A DNA stretch of 64,000 bases from Candidatus Krumholzibacteriota bacterium (lineage in GTDB: Bacteria; Krumholzibacteriota; Krumholzibacteriia; Krumholzibacteriales; WJIX01), in NCBI GenBank assembly GCA_034520215.1, contig JAXHNR010000002.1:344642-408641 (forward strand). The letters are read 5' to 3'. Under the pieces are notes generated by a model. The model was not told the DNA's origin, ran no database searches, and saw only the letters and a list, made by a program, of their open reading frames with translations. Positions 41,294 to 49,890 of this stretch are shown one piece after another (position 1 is the stretch's first letter; each line of letters opens with the position of its first letter). A program made the translations under genes and the position numbers.

Positions 41294-42073
41294 ATGTCTC
41301 ATGCGATTGAAATTAATAATCTGACCAAGAAATATAAACAATCAAGCGGGGGAAATGGCCAGGACATTTCTGCTCTTGAAGGGATTGATCTAACAATAGA
41401 ATCAGGGGAATTTGTAACTATTTTCGGTCCTAATGGATGCGGGAAAACAACCCTGCTGTTGTGTGTTGCCGGTATTGAAGAACCAAGTACCGGTTCGATC
41501 CTCATTAACGATCGTTCGCCGCATGAGGCGCTCACTGGGTTTGTTTTCCAAAATTACAGAGAAGCTTTACTTCCCTGGAGGTCCTGCCTTGATAATATTG
41601 CTTTTCCTTTAGAAATATCTGGAATAGACAAAAAGGAAAGTAGAAATCGAGCTGAACAAATAGTTGAAGATCTTTATTTAAATATTGATCTTCGAAGCTA
41701 CCCATACCAGCAGAGTGGCGGGCAGCAGCAACTTGTAGCAATAGCCCGAGCACTCGTTTCGGACCCGGACGTACTGGTAATGGACGAACCATTGAGCGCA
41801 CTGGATTTAAAAGCAAGATTTCGAATGCGTGCTACCATAGAAGAGATATGGCAGAGAACGAATAAAACCACTCTTCACGTATCTCATGATGTTGAAGAAG
41901 CGGTTTATCTATCAGATAAGATAGTCGTTCTGTCTGAGCGCCCTGGCAAGATATTGCGGGTGATACCAAATACTCTGGAGAGGCCCAGAGATCGAACGGC
42001 CGGTTCTGTTGCTTATAACGAGATGAGGAATAAAGTCTTAGAAATATTCCAGGCTAATGAGGAGATCCAATGA
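41294..42073 (+). CDS. ABC transporter ATP-binding protein (NitT/TauT family)
   Basis: Walker A GPNGCGKTTLL, ABC signature QSGGQQQ, Walker B VLVMDEP. Confidence 0.75.
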   Translation: MSHAIEINNLTKKYKQSSGGNGQDISALEGIDLTIESGEFVTIFGPNGCGKTTLLLCVAGIEEPSTGSILINDRSPHEALTGFVFQNYREALLPWRSCLDNIAFPLEISGIDKKESRNRAEQIVEDLYLNIDLRSYPYQQSGGQQQLVAIARALVSDPDVLVMDEPLSALDLKARFRMRATIEEIWQRTNKTTLHVSHDVEEAVYLSDKIVVLSERPGKILRVIPNTLERPRDRTAGSVAYNEMRNKVLEIFQANEEIQ

Positions 42074-42834
42074 AAATTTCATGTTGGGTTAATATAAAAA
42101 GGGGATTAATGGTTCCCCTGGCAGCGATAATTCTCTGGCAATTAATATCTTCATCCGGCCTGGTGAATCCTCTCTACATACCGAGCCCGTATCTAGTGGG
42201 TAATGCCGTTTTGCGACTCTTTGGGGAAGCAGATTTTTGGAAAGGAGCAGGCGCAACTTTATGGAGAATGTTTGCCGGTTTTGCCGTGGCGGCATCTGCC
42301 GGAATCCCCATTGGTATTGTTCTTGGTTATATGAAACGCGCCTATAAATATAGCGAATTTCTAATTGATTTCTCACGTTCTATTCCTGCAACGGCTCTAT
42401 ATCCGCTATTCATTCTCGCTTTCGGAATAGGAGACAGCTCAAAGGTCGCTATAGTGTCGTTTGCATGTTTTTTCGTAATATTAATTAATTCAATATACGG
42501 AGTCTGGAATGCGCCGAAGACAAGAGTTATTATGGCCAAGGCATTTCGCGCTAATGATTATCAGATATTTACAAAAATCATTCTTTTTGATGCTTTGCCT
42601 CAAATATTTGCCGGTTTAAGAAATGCGCTTTCGATAGCGCTTATTATGACAGTTGTAGCTGAAATGTTCATTGGAACAAATAGAGGGCTTGGATTCTTAA
42701 TTATGAATTCAAAACTGGCATACGATACTCCTACGATGTATGCAGTGATAATAATTCTCGGCGCTATCGGTTATATAGCGAGTCGCGGGTTATTATACAC
42801 TGAAAAAATGGTTATTCATTGGTCCAGAGTATAG
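42070..42834 (+). CDS. ABC transporter permease (NitT/TauT family)
   Basis: Six or more hydrophobic segments. Start overlaps the ATPase stop by 4 nt. Confidence 0.6.
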   Translation: MKISCWVNIKRGLMVPLAAIILWQLISSSGLVNPLYIPSPYLVGNAVLRLFGEADFWKGAGATLWRMFAGFAVAASAGIPIGIVLGYMKRAYKYSEFLIDFSRSIPATALYPLFILAFGIGDSSKVAIVSFACFFVILINSIYGVWNAPKTRVIMAKAFRANDYQIFTKIILFDALPQIFAGLRNALSIALIMTVVAEMFIGTNRGLGFLIMNSKLAYDTPTMYAVIIILGAIGYIASRGLLYTEKMVIHWSRV

Positions 42835-42847
42835 AAAGAGAAGAAAA

Positions 42848-43828
42848 TTGAGCAATTTTGAAGATGCAATTTTTAGGCAGATAAGGGGGTTGTGGACAGG
42901 CCATGCTCTTTTAGCGGCAAAGAAATTAGGAATTATGGAACTTCTTATGAAGTCAGGTCTATCAATTCCCCAGTTAGCGGATCAGCTATCTGTTGATGAG
43001 AGAGGGATGCGAGCTCTGATATCAACTTTAAGTGACATTGGGATAGTCAATAATGAGAACGATGTAATAAGTCTTACGGCATTAGGTAGAGAAACATCTC
43101 TTCCAGACAGGTCTTTATCTGGTTATATAAAATTTCACTCGTTGCTCAGCAATCATTGGGCGAATCTCGATAAATTACTTAAAAAGGGATCTTCGCTGCC
43201 AATTGATCCGAATATCTCTGTTTCTCCTGAAATTGTGAAATCGTATATTGAAGCTATGGATGCTCTTGGAATGCCCATTTCGGAAGAGCTTGTAAATGCT
43301 CTCGACATAAAATCTGGAGATAGAGTACTTGATTTAGGTGGGGGAAGCAGCGTACATGCACGTGCAATATTGTCAAAACATCCAGATGCTCAAGTAACAT
43401 TACTTGATAGACCCATTGTTATTAAACTTCTAAAAGAAGAATTTTCAGGGAAGTGGAATATATCCAAGAACTTAATTTTAACTGAAGGAGATTATTTGAA
43501 TTTAAGGAGTGATGAGAAATATGATATTATTCTTTTATCAAATATAATTCATAATGAAAGTAGTGATAATATTCTTAATATACTCGAGAGTTGCTCTAGG
43601 GTTCTTAATGAAGGTTCCCGTCTGGCGATTCTGGATTATTTTTACAGTGCTAATAATAAATTAACTTCATCACCTGCAGGATTTGATTTATTGTTGTATT
43701 TGATAACCAGCCATGGCAAAATACAGAATCTGGATTACATCGAAGACCTAGTTAAACAAGCGGGTTTCATAGAGCCTGTATATTCAGTGTTGGGCAATTA
43801 CCGTTTGGGTATTTACAGAAAAGCATGA
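42848..43828 (+). CDS. SAM-dependent O-methyltransferase (class I, with N-terminal dimerisation/HTH-like domain)
   Basis: VLDLGGGSSVHARAIL (motif I) and DIILLSNIIHNES (motif II-like). Confidence 0.6.
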   Translation: MSNFEDAIFRQIRGLWTGHALLAAKKLGIMELLMKSGLSIPQLADQLSVDERGMRALISTLSDIGIVNNENDVISLTALGRETSLPDRSLSGYIKFHSLLSNHWANLDKLLKKGSSLPIDPNISVSPEIVKSYIEAMDALGMPISEELVNALDIKSGDRVLDLGGGSSVHARAILSKHPDAQVTLLDRPIVIKLLKEEFSGKWNISKNLILTEGDYLNLRSDEKYDIILLSNIIHNESSDNILNILESCSRVLNEGSRLAILDYFYSANNKLTSSPAGFDLLLYLITSHGKIQNLDYIEDLVKQAGFIEPVYSVLGNYRLGIYRKA

Positions 43829-43836
43829 GGTAGCTT

Positions 43837-45795
43837 TTGAGCAAGGAAAAGGATTTGTTCAGCCTGGTTCATCGCATACGCCCAAGAATGGAATTCTCAA
43901 AATACCTGCGTTCCTTAAAAAATACAAATGATCATAAAAATATTCGATTATATTTAGACCGTGTAATGAAGTCCGGTGATTACCCCGCACATATTGAGAA
44001 TTTCTTAAGCTTGTCTTTCAGGACTATACAGGATGAATTAATTTTACCTTTCCTCAAGGCAAATCCTCTTGATTTGAAGAACAATTGGAATATTATCTCT
44101 GGGGCTTTCACATATTTCTCCGGTGAAGCCGGGAAGGCCATTCCCTATTTCTTAAATTGGGATAAGACAGACGGCAAAGTGCAGCATTCAGTAAATCCGG
44201 GTTTTAAAATGTATTGCGATACCTTGAGATCTCAATCTAATGAAAACGAAATCTGTAATCATCCCGATATTGAAAACATACATGAATGTCCAGAATTGCG
44301 AAATTGCCTAGGCAAATTTCTCGACAGGATTAAATATACTGGTAGCCGACTTATTGAGAGAAAATTACCTGTAAGATCATTTATCTCATTTGAATTAGAA
44401 AAACTAAATGAAGTAGCATCCAATGATGCTGAAGCACAACGTGTATTTACAGAGCTGAAAAAATTAGCAGATATTGCTCCAGGCAAATCTATCGTTGAAA
44501 ACGATTCTATAAGATCTTCTTCTTCCATAAAAAAGGAGCTGGCTGAGACAGCTGATTTCCTTAGCCCAGATGTTCTAGATCTGGTTGTGGATATCTACGA
44601 ACAATTTAAATCAACAGCCCTTTTCCCACTATCAAATGGCAAATTCAATGAATCAGAAAGGAAAATGTCGAACAAATTACAACTAGAAAACATTAATTAC
44701 CTTTCAACGGAAAATTTGGAAACGGGCCATGATTATTCTCTTAAGGAATTCGCCAATCTTGTATTATCTTTGTCGGTTATTTACCAGGCGCCCTATTTTT
44801 ATCTGTTGCATTTTGGGCCGGCAATTAAAGAAGAAAGAGATGATGATTTTCCGGTCGGTACCGGTACGCTGGCAATTAACAGTTTTATGCTTAGGGATGA
44901 ACTTCTCAGCTATATAAGTCTGCTGGCCGATACGGCCATATCCTCTATTTCAAAAGCAGAAGCGGTAGTGCTCCAACACAGGCACGAGACTACAAAAAGA
45001 AACCTTCTTCTTGCTGAAAGTGCTTATGGAGTTGGCCATACTCAAAAAGACAGGTTTACCAGACTTCGGGGGCAGCTTGAAAACGCTGAAGATTATTTGT
45101 CCCCTGATCTTCTTGATTCGGCCGAAGCTGCTGTATGGGTAAGTAAAGCGAGAGCAAGCGCGAAAAAGGCAGCAGATAGTTCAACAACAATGGATTTTAT
45201 GGCTAACTTGTTTCAAGTTAACGGGGAGATCGAAAAAGTGGATTCCAGATTCTTTCCGGAAGAAGATGAAGGACCATACAACATTCACGAACATCTAAAA
45301 GATGAAATAAAGACTTTTGATGTGCCTTTCGAGTTGAACGCTAGTAATATTGAAAATCTACGTATTATCGATAATGTTGATGAAAATAAAAGAAGATTAT
45401 ATGATGAATTTTATGATGACATATTGCACGAATTATTAGCAAATGCAGTAAAAGCAACTACAGATAATATTGTACAACTGGAAATTAATTATCAGCCAAT
45501 AGATTTAAAATTAGATAATTCTAAAGATAAATTTGAATGCCTTGTAATATCAAATGAAACCAGGTATAGTGATTTTGAAAGCAGGCTTGGGCTTTCTGTT
45601 GGGAATTGGACTGAATGGGATATCGGGGAGAAAGGGCCAAAAGGCGCTTTAAGGCAAATCGCCATTCGTCTAAAAGCGACAAATCAGGGGCTCCTATTAG
45701 CCAAACCTGATTTAAAAAATGATAAATATTACTTTAGGATTGGTCTTTATTTATTCAATATGATAAATAGAACTAATGATAAACATGGGGGTTAG
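43837..45795 (+). CDS. cytoplasmic histidine-kinase-like protein (HATPase_c at C-terminus, degenerate G1 box)
   Basis: N-box LHELLANAVKAT. G2-like ESRLGLSVG. Candidate H-box QHRHETTKRNL. No TM segments. Confidence 0.4.
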   Translation: MSKEKDLFSLVHRIRPRMEFSKYLRSLKNTNDHKNIRLYLDRVMKSGDYPAHIENFLSLSFRTIQDELILPFLKANPLDLKNNWNIISGAFTYFSGEAGKAIPYFLNWDKTDGKVQHSVNPGFKMYCDTLRSQSNENEICNHPDIENIHECPELRNCLGKFLDRIKYTGSRLIERKLPVRSFISFELEKLNEVASNDAEAQRVFTELKKLADIAPGKSIVENDSIRSSSSIKKELAETADFLSPDVLDLVVDIYEQFKSTALFPLSNGKFNESERKMSNKLQLENINYLSTENLETGHDYSLKEFANLVLSLSVIYQAPYFYLLHFGPAIKEERDDDFPVGTGTLAINSFMLRDELLSYISLLADTAISSISKAEAVVLQHRHETTKRNLLLAESAYGVGHTQKDRFTRLRGQLENAEDYLSPDLLDSAEAAVWVSKARASAKKAADSSTTMDFMANLFQVNGEIEKVDSRFFPEEDEGPYNIHEHLKDEIKTFDVPFELNASNIENLRIIDNVDENKRRLYDEFYDDILHELLANAVKATTDNIVQLEINYQPIDLKLDNSKDKFECLVISNETRYSDFESRLGLSVGNWTEWDIGEKGPKGALRQIAIRLKATNQGLLLAKPDLKNDKYYFRIGLYLFNMINRTNDKHGG

Positions 45796-45797
45796 AA

Positions 45798-47396
45798 ATG
45801 ATGGCGGCAGGTTTTGACAAAATCCGCATTCTGCTTTTAGATGATAGAGACAGTCTCAGACCTCAGGACGGACTTTCTCCGAGATTAAAGAAATGGTTCG
45901 ACGTAAAATGGATTGCTACACCATCAGAAGCTCGTGCCTATAGGGATTCATCATGGGTTTGTATAACCAGAGAACCTGAATTGTTAAATAAACTTGGATG
46001 GGTGCCAGAAATATTTGTAATTGATTACGCGCTGACACAAGAAGAAATCCCTGTATTAGATAGAGTTAGAAGAAATAAAGATAAGTATACAGATTTGAGC
46101 CCCTTGCCCAACCTTGAGGATGCTCTTTCCAAACTTGGAATTAGTAGTTCAGGCATATCAGTCTTGAAGGAACCGCCGGTAACACCGTCTGCTGGAAGTG
46201 AATTCTGGGGCTGTTATATTGGTGGCCTTATTCTATCTACCTTCGCGGATTATCCAGTTTCAGCCGTTACAATAACAAGATATGGCGAGTCGGACTTCTT
46301 AGAAAATGCCAAGGATGTAGCATTTTTTGAATGGATGATGGAAAAACAGACAAATACTCAATTAAAGGGTACGGGAGCAAAAAGTTTGGATTGGACTGAA
46401 ATAATTTCTGAGGGTGCCATAAAACTCCGTGAAAGGATTAAGCAACTTGCCAGCATTGGTATAATAACATTGGACCTCGAGGATATTTTGCAGCTTATCC
46501 ATAATACAAGCCACCCAACAGTATCATATTCCTCAAGATATGGAAAAAGAAGTTTGCCAGTTCAAGGCCTATTTATAGATGAACGTGATGAAAAAGTAAG
46601 AAAAGAAAAAGCCAAGAAATGGGCCGAAGAAATAATCGAAGAAGCCTTGACTTATATGGAGAAAGGATCTGAACCAGAGGAATATGTAAGTACTTTAGAT
46701 CAAATTGAAGAAGGTTTAGGAGTAGCTAGAGACCTCTGGGATAAATGGGAAGGCGAAGAAGTGCCCCAACATATGGAATGTTCAAGAATATTCGGGCAAG
46801 TACAACAGGTAGTTAAAGCGGGCGAAAGAGATTTAAAAGAAGATGAAATAAAAGAACTGGATAGATGGTGCGCTAAATATGACTTAGTCCTGGAAGACGT
46901 TATAAATACTTTAAAAAAAAGAAAGTATACTCTTAAGACAGATGGGGGGGATATTAGAGCCTATAATTGTGATGTTATTGTAAAAAGGTGGGCTATTCTC
47001 TTCACGATTGTAAGGCTTGCAATTATTGCATGGCATGCCTCAAGGGAATTGGACCGTGATATAAGAATTTCCTCTCACGACGTATATATGGCACTTTTCC
47101 CCCTGGCAATTAACCTGCCTTATTATCTGCATGAGCCTATGGGTAAAGAATCAGGTGAGCATACAAAATATTTGAAAAGATTAAATAGAGACGGATCCAC
47201 TTCAAGCGGCTGGGGTGAAATTGGGATAAGTGTCGTTGATGTATTAGCAGGCAAAGATTTTGACGAAAATTCACATGGGTTATTTTCGTTTGAAAGGAAA
47301 ATTCTTCGAATGTTCTCTGTAGGGCTTGGTTGTGGCAACAGACAGAACTTAAAGAAAGGTTCTGTTTTGAATAACATATTATTTGGACCTTTTTGA
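45798..47396 (+). CDS. hypothetical protein with a degenerate receiver-like N-terminus
   Basis: IRILLLDDRD followed by EIFVIDYAL, which is the spacing of acidic pocket and phospho-Asp in receiver domains. The rest is unknown. Start overlaps the upstream stop. Confidence 0.3.
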   Translation: MMAAGFDKIRILLLDDRDSLRPQDGLSPRLKKWFDVKWIATPSEARAYRDSSWVCITREPELLNKLGWVPEIFVIDYALTQEEIPVLDRVRRNKDKYTDLSPLPNLEDALSKLGISSSGISVLKEPPVTPSAGSEFWGCYIGGLILSTFADYPVSAVTITRYGESDFLENAKDVAFFEWMMEKQTNTQLKGTGAKSLDWTEIISEGAIKLRERIKQLASIGIITLDLEDILQLIHNTSHPTVSYSSRYGKRSLPVQGLFIDERDEKVRKEKAKKWAEEIIEEALTYMEKGSEPEEYVSTLDQIEEGLGVARDLWDKWEGEEVPQHMECSRIFGQVQQVVKAGERDLKEDEIKELDRWCAKYDLVLEDVINTLKKRKYTLKTDGGDIRAYNCDVIVKRWAILFTIVRLAIIAWHASRELDRDIRISSHDVYMALFPLAINLPYYLHEPMGKESGEHTKYLKRLNRDGSTSSGWGEIGISVVDVLAGKDFDENSHGLFSFERKILRMFSVGLGCGNRQNLKKGSVLNNILFGPF

Positions 47397-47421
47397 TTCA
47401 TTTCCGAGGTGAAACAGTATT

Positions 47422-48054
47422 ATGCTTGAAGACCTTTCTATAAATGAACTAAATAAATTTGCCAAAGAATTTATAGGGCGATTAAGAGCAAATAATAATT
47501 TGAAAGTTGTCTCGAATAGATATACGGATAAAGAACTTGAGATTATTGCCATGAGTTTGCTTTATAGCGAAATGATTGAAAACTGGGACAGAATTCGCCC
47601 TTTTGAGAATTATGCTAGAGGAAGTTTGTATCATAAGTTTACAAGAGAACTCAAGGGCAAAGATGATTTGATTGGCCCAAAAGTATTAGATTTTCAGGAC
47701 GACAAAATAGATAAAAGTAAGACTCAGATGCCAAATAGCCTGGATATGAATATTGACACTGCTTATACAAGAAAGCTAAGAGCAGAAGAATTAATTTCTG
47801 AACTAGAATCGGCTAAAAGAGAACATCAGAGAGGGAAAAGGGTATTATCAAGGCGTCGCATGTATATCGAATTTGGAATTGGGAAAAAGAATTGGAGTGG
47901 AGTATACATAGGTCTTGGATTTGATCTTCATCCTGATATTTATTTAAAAGATGACAAAACTGAAGCTCAGAGGTTAGCTGTATTATCCCGCAGAAATACC
48001 TTTATTAAATACGGGCTTAGTGGAGAAAATGCCGAAATTGAGACGAAAGAATAA
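47422..48054 (+). CDS. hypothetical protein
   Basis: 210-aa ORF in the same operon. Low-complexity basic C-terminus. Confidence 0.3.
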   Translation: MLEDLSINELNKFAKEFIGRLRANNNLKVVSNRYTDKELEIIAMSLLYSEMIENWDRIRPFENYARGSLYHKFTRELKGKDDLIGPKVLDFQDDKIDKSKTQMPNSLDMNIDTAYTRKLRAEELISELESAKREHQRGKRVLSRRRMYIEFGIGKKNWSGVYIGLGFDLHPDIYLKDDKTEAQRLAVLSRRNTFIKYGLSGENAEIETKE

Positions 48055-48063
48055 GAATCAGGT

Positions 48064-48306
48064 CTAATCTGCGTGCATGAAGGAGAATGCACATCCCCAG
48101 ATACATGCAAGAATGAATGCGATAGCAAGGACAGAAATTGTATTAACTGAATATTTAAGATCAAATAGCCTGACAAAGTAATCACTAAACTTGTTAATAA
48201 GTTGCACCGCTTTGGGATAATATTCCTCGCAAATTTTGACAATAAATCCAGCTGATATTGTGCAAACGAGTACTGCTAATCCATGAGATGAAGCATGTTT
48301 TTTCAT
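48064..48306 (-). CDS. small two-TM membrane protein
   Basis: MKKHASSHGLAVLVCTISAGFIV... Convergent with the upstream operon. Confidence 0.25.
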   Translation of the reverse strand: MKKHASSHGLAVLVCTISAGFIVKICEEYYPKAVQLINKFSDYFVRLFDLKYSVNTISVLAIAFILACIWGCAFSFMHAD

Positions 48307-48763
48307 ACTGTTCTCCCTTAGGGTTAATCTTTGTATAAGAATCATAAAATGAGGGTTTAATTACTATCATTTCCCGCACAGGTAAATGTTTTCCTGGTGA
48401 ATAAATAATGTCCAAACTTATGGGCCTCTATTTTTATATGCAGATATATTCCAAAAATTCAGACAATCACTGACAGAAGATGTAAACTGTCTGAAGCTTT
48501 AATTTTCTTTTAATTTATATAAATCGTGATTACGAAATTGTCCTTTAAGTGTCGTCGACAATTGTCCGTAATTTTCTCTGTTCAAATTATAATTGGGTAG
48601 AAGCGAATAATTCTTGTAAAACAATTCTGATTGTACCTGTCAGTAAATGTCAGAAAACTTATTATCCTAAAAGATATATAAGCAGCAGGTAAAAATTTCT
48701 GGGCAAAAAGCCCCGTTGCCCACAAAACAGAAAACGACTAGGGGTAGAAAGAGAGGAGATGAA

Positions 48764-48934
48764 ATGGAATCATTCGAAAAGGATATTATTCGCCAGTCAA
48801 GTATGCCGCTTGAGGATGGGGGTGACACGCATTTTCATCCCTGGAGTGATGGGAATGGATTCACTGTGACTACACGCCTTCCCGGTGGTGATGCATTCTA
48901 CGAAAATTTTGAAATTGATAGTTTTAATCAGTGA
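48764..48934 (+). CDS. small hypothetical protein (56 aa from internal ATG)
   Basis: RBS AGAGAGGAG precedes the ATG at 48764 (MESFEKDIIRQ...). Confidence 0.3.
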   Translation: MESFEKDIIRQSSMPLEDGGDTHFHPWSDGNGFTVTTRLPGGDAFYENFEIDSFNQ

Positions 48935-48962
48935 TTTGAAGCTTAAAAGAATAGGAGTTGCT

Positions 48963-49289
48963 ATGTGTTACAATTGCGGAAATTGCTGGTGTTATGGTTG
49001 TGACGATAATGATGATTATGAACTTCCTGGATATGGAAGCATTAATCATAAGAAAGATTATTACAATGACCTTCCTGAGCCTGTAGCTGACCCCATTGAT
49101 CCGGTTAGAGATATAGGTGGCACCATTTTGGGGCATCGAGATAGGTACCTGAATAGCTTTAAACCGCTTAGTGACCCTATGCCGATGGATATCGGTCCGG
49201 GAGGTTTTATAAGAGATCCTTTGGGAAACACGATTGGAGAGATAGGGCCCGGTAATACCCTTCTCCCTCCTCCCAGGATCGGTTTCTAG
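48963..49289 (+). CDS. small Cys-rich protein (108 aa) with N-terminal CxxCxxCxCxxC cluster and Gly/Pro-rich tail
   Basis: MCYNCGNCWCYGCDDNDDYELPGYGS... RBS ATAGGAG upstream of the ATG at 48963. Confidence 0.4.
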   Translation: MCYNCGNCWCYGCDDNDDYELPGYGSINHKKDYYNDLPEPVADPIDPVRDIGGTILGHRDRYLNSFKPLSDPMPMDIGPGGFIRDPLGNTIGEIGPGNTLLPPPRIGF

Positions 49290-49302
49290 CAGCTCTTATT
49301 TA

Positions 49303-49337
49303 AGATGGGGGCGATTAATCCCGCCCCCATCTTTTAA
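49303..49337 (+). terminator. rho-independent terminator
   Basis: aagatgggggcg-attaat-cccgcccccatctt forms a 12-bp GC-rich stem and is followed by TTTT. Confidence 0.7.
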
Positions 49338-49343
49338 AATCTA

Positions 49344-49769
49344 TTGAGTGTTAGAGCAAAAAATGAATGGAAGAATCTTATGAAGAATAATTTATTTAAA
49401 GTGAGAACCCTTTGCGAAAGCACAACTAATAGATTAGAAGAACTTCTTGAGGAAATTAAATGTTGCAAGTTGTTGGGGATTGAACCGAAAGGTGTAGATC
49501 TCAGTGTACTTCCGGATCTCGTTAAGATCAGAAGGGAATTTGATTTTCTTCATTGGCAGTTGTCAAAGATTGAACCGGAACCCTGGTATATTGAAGATTT
49601 AACACTTATTTCTGAGAGCTTAGAATATTGTGAGCATACCCTTATTGAGGAGATAAAAGGCTTACATAATTGTGAATGGAACTGGGAACTGAGCATAGAT
49701 AAGTGGATAGAGAAACTTTCAATAGTGTTGGTGCAGCTTCCAACTGAAAATATGAGCCCTAATGAATAA
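49344..49769 (+). CDS. hypothetical protein
   Basis: 141-aa ORF. No motif recognised. Confidence 0.3.
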   Translation: MSVRAKNEWKNLMKNNLFKVRTLCESTTNRLEELLEEIKCCKLLGIEPKGVDLSVLPDLVKIRREFDFLHWQLSKIEPEPWYIEDLTLISESLEYCEHTLIEEIKGLHNCEWNWELSIDKWIEKLSIVLVQLPTENMSPNE

Positions 49770-49890
49770 CGAAGATAAATAGTAATATTGATACGATCCA
49801 TTCCATCTCCGGAAACGAAATTCCAAATAAAAAGTTAGAAAAATATTTATATGCTCAATGGTATTTTGTCTCCAAGTCAAAGGAGGAATT

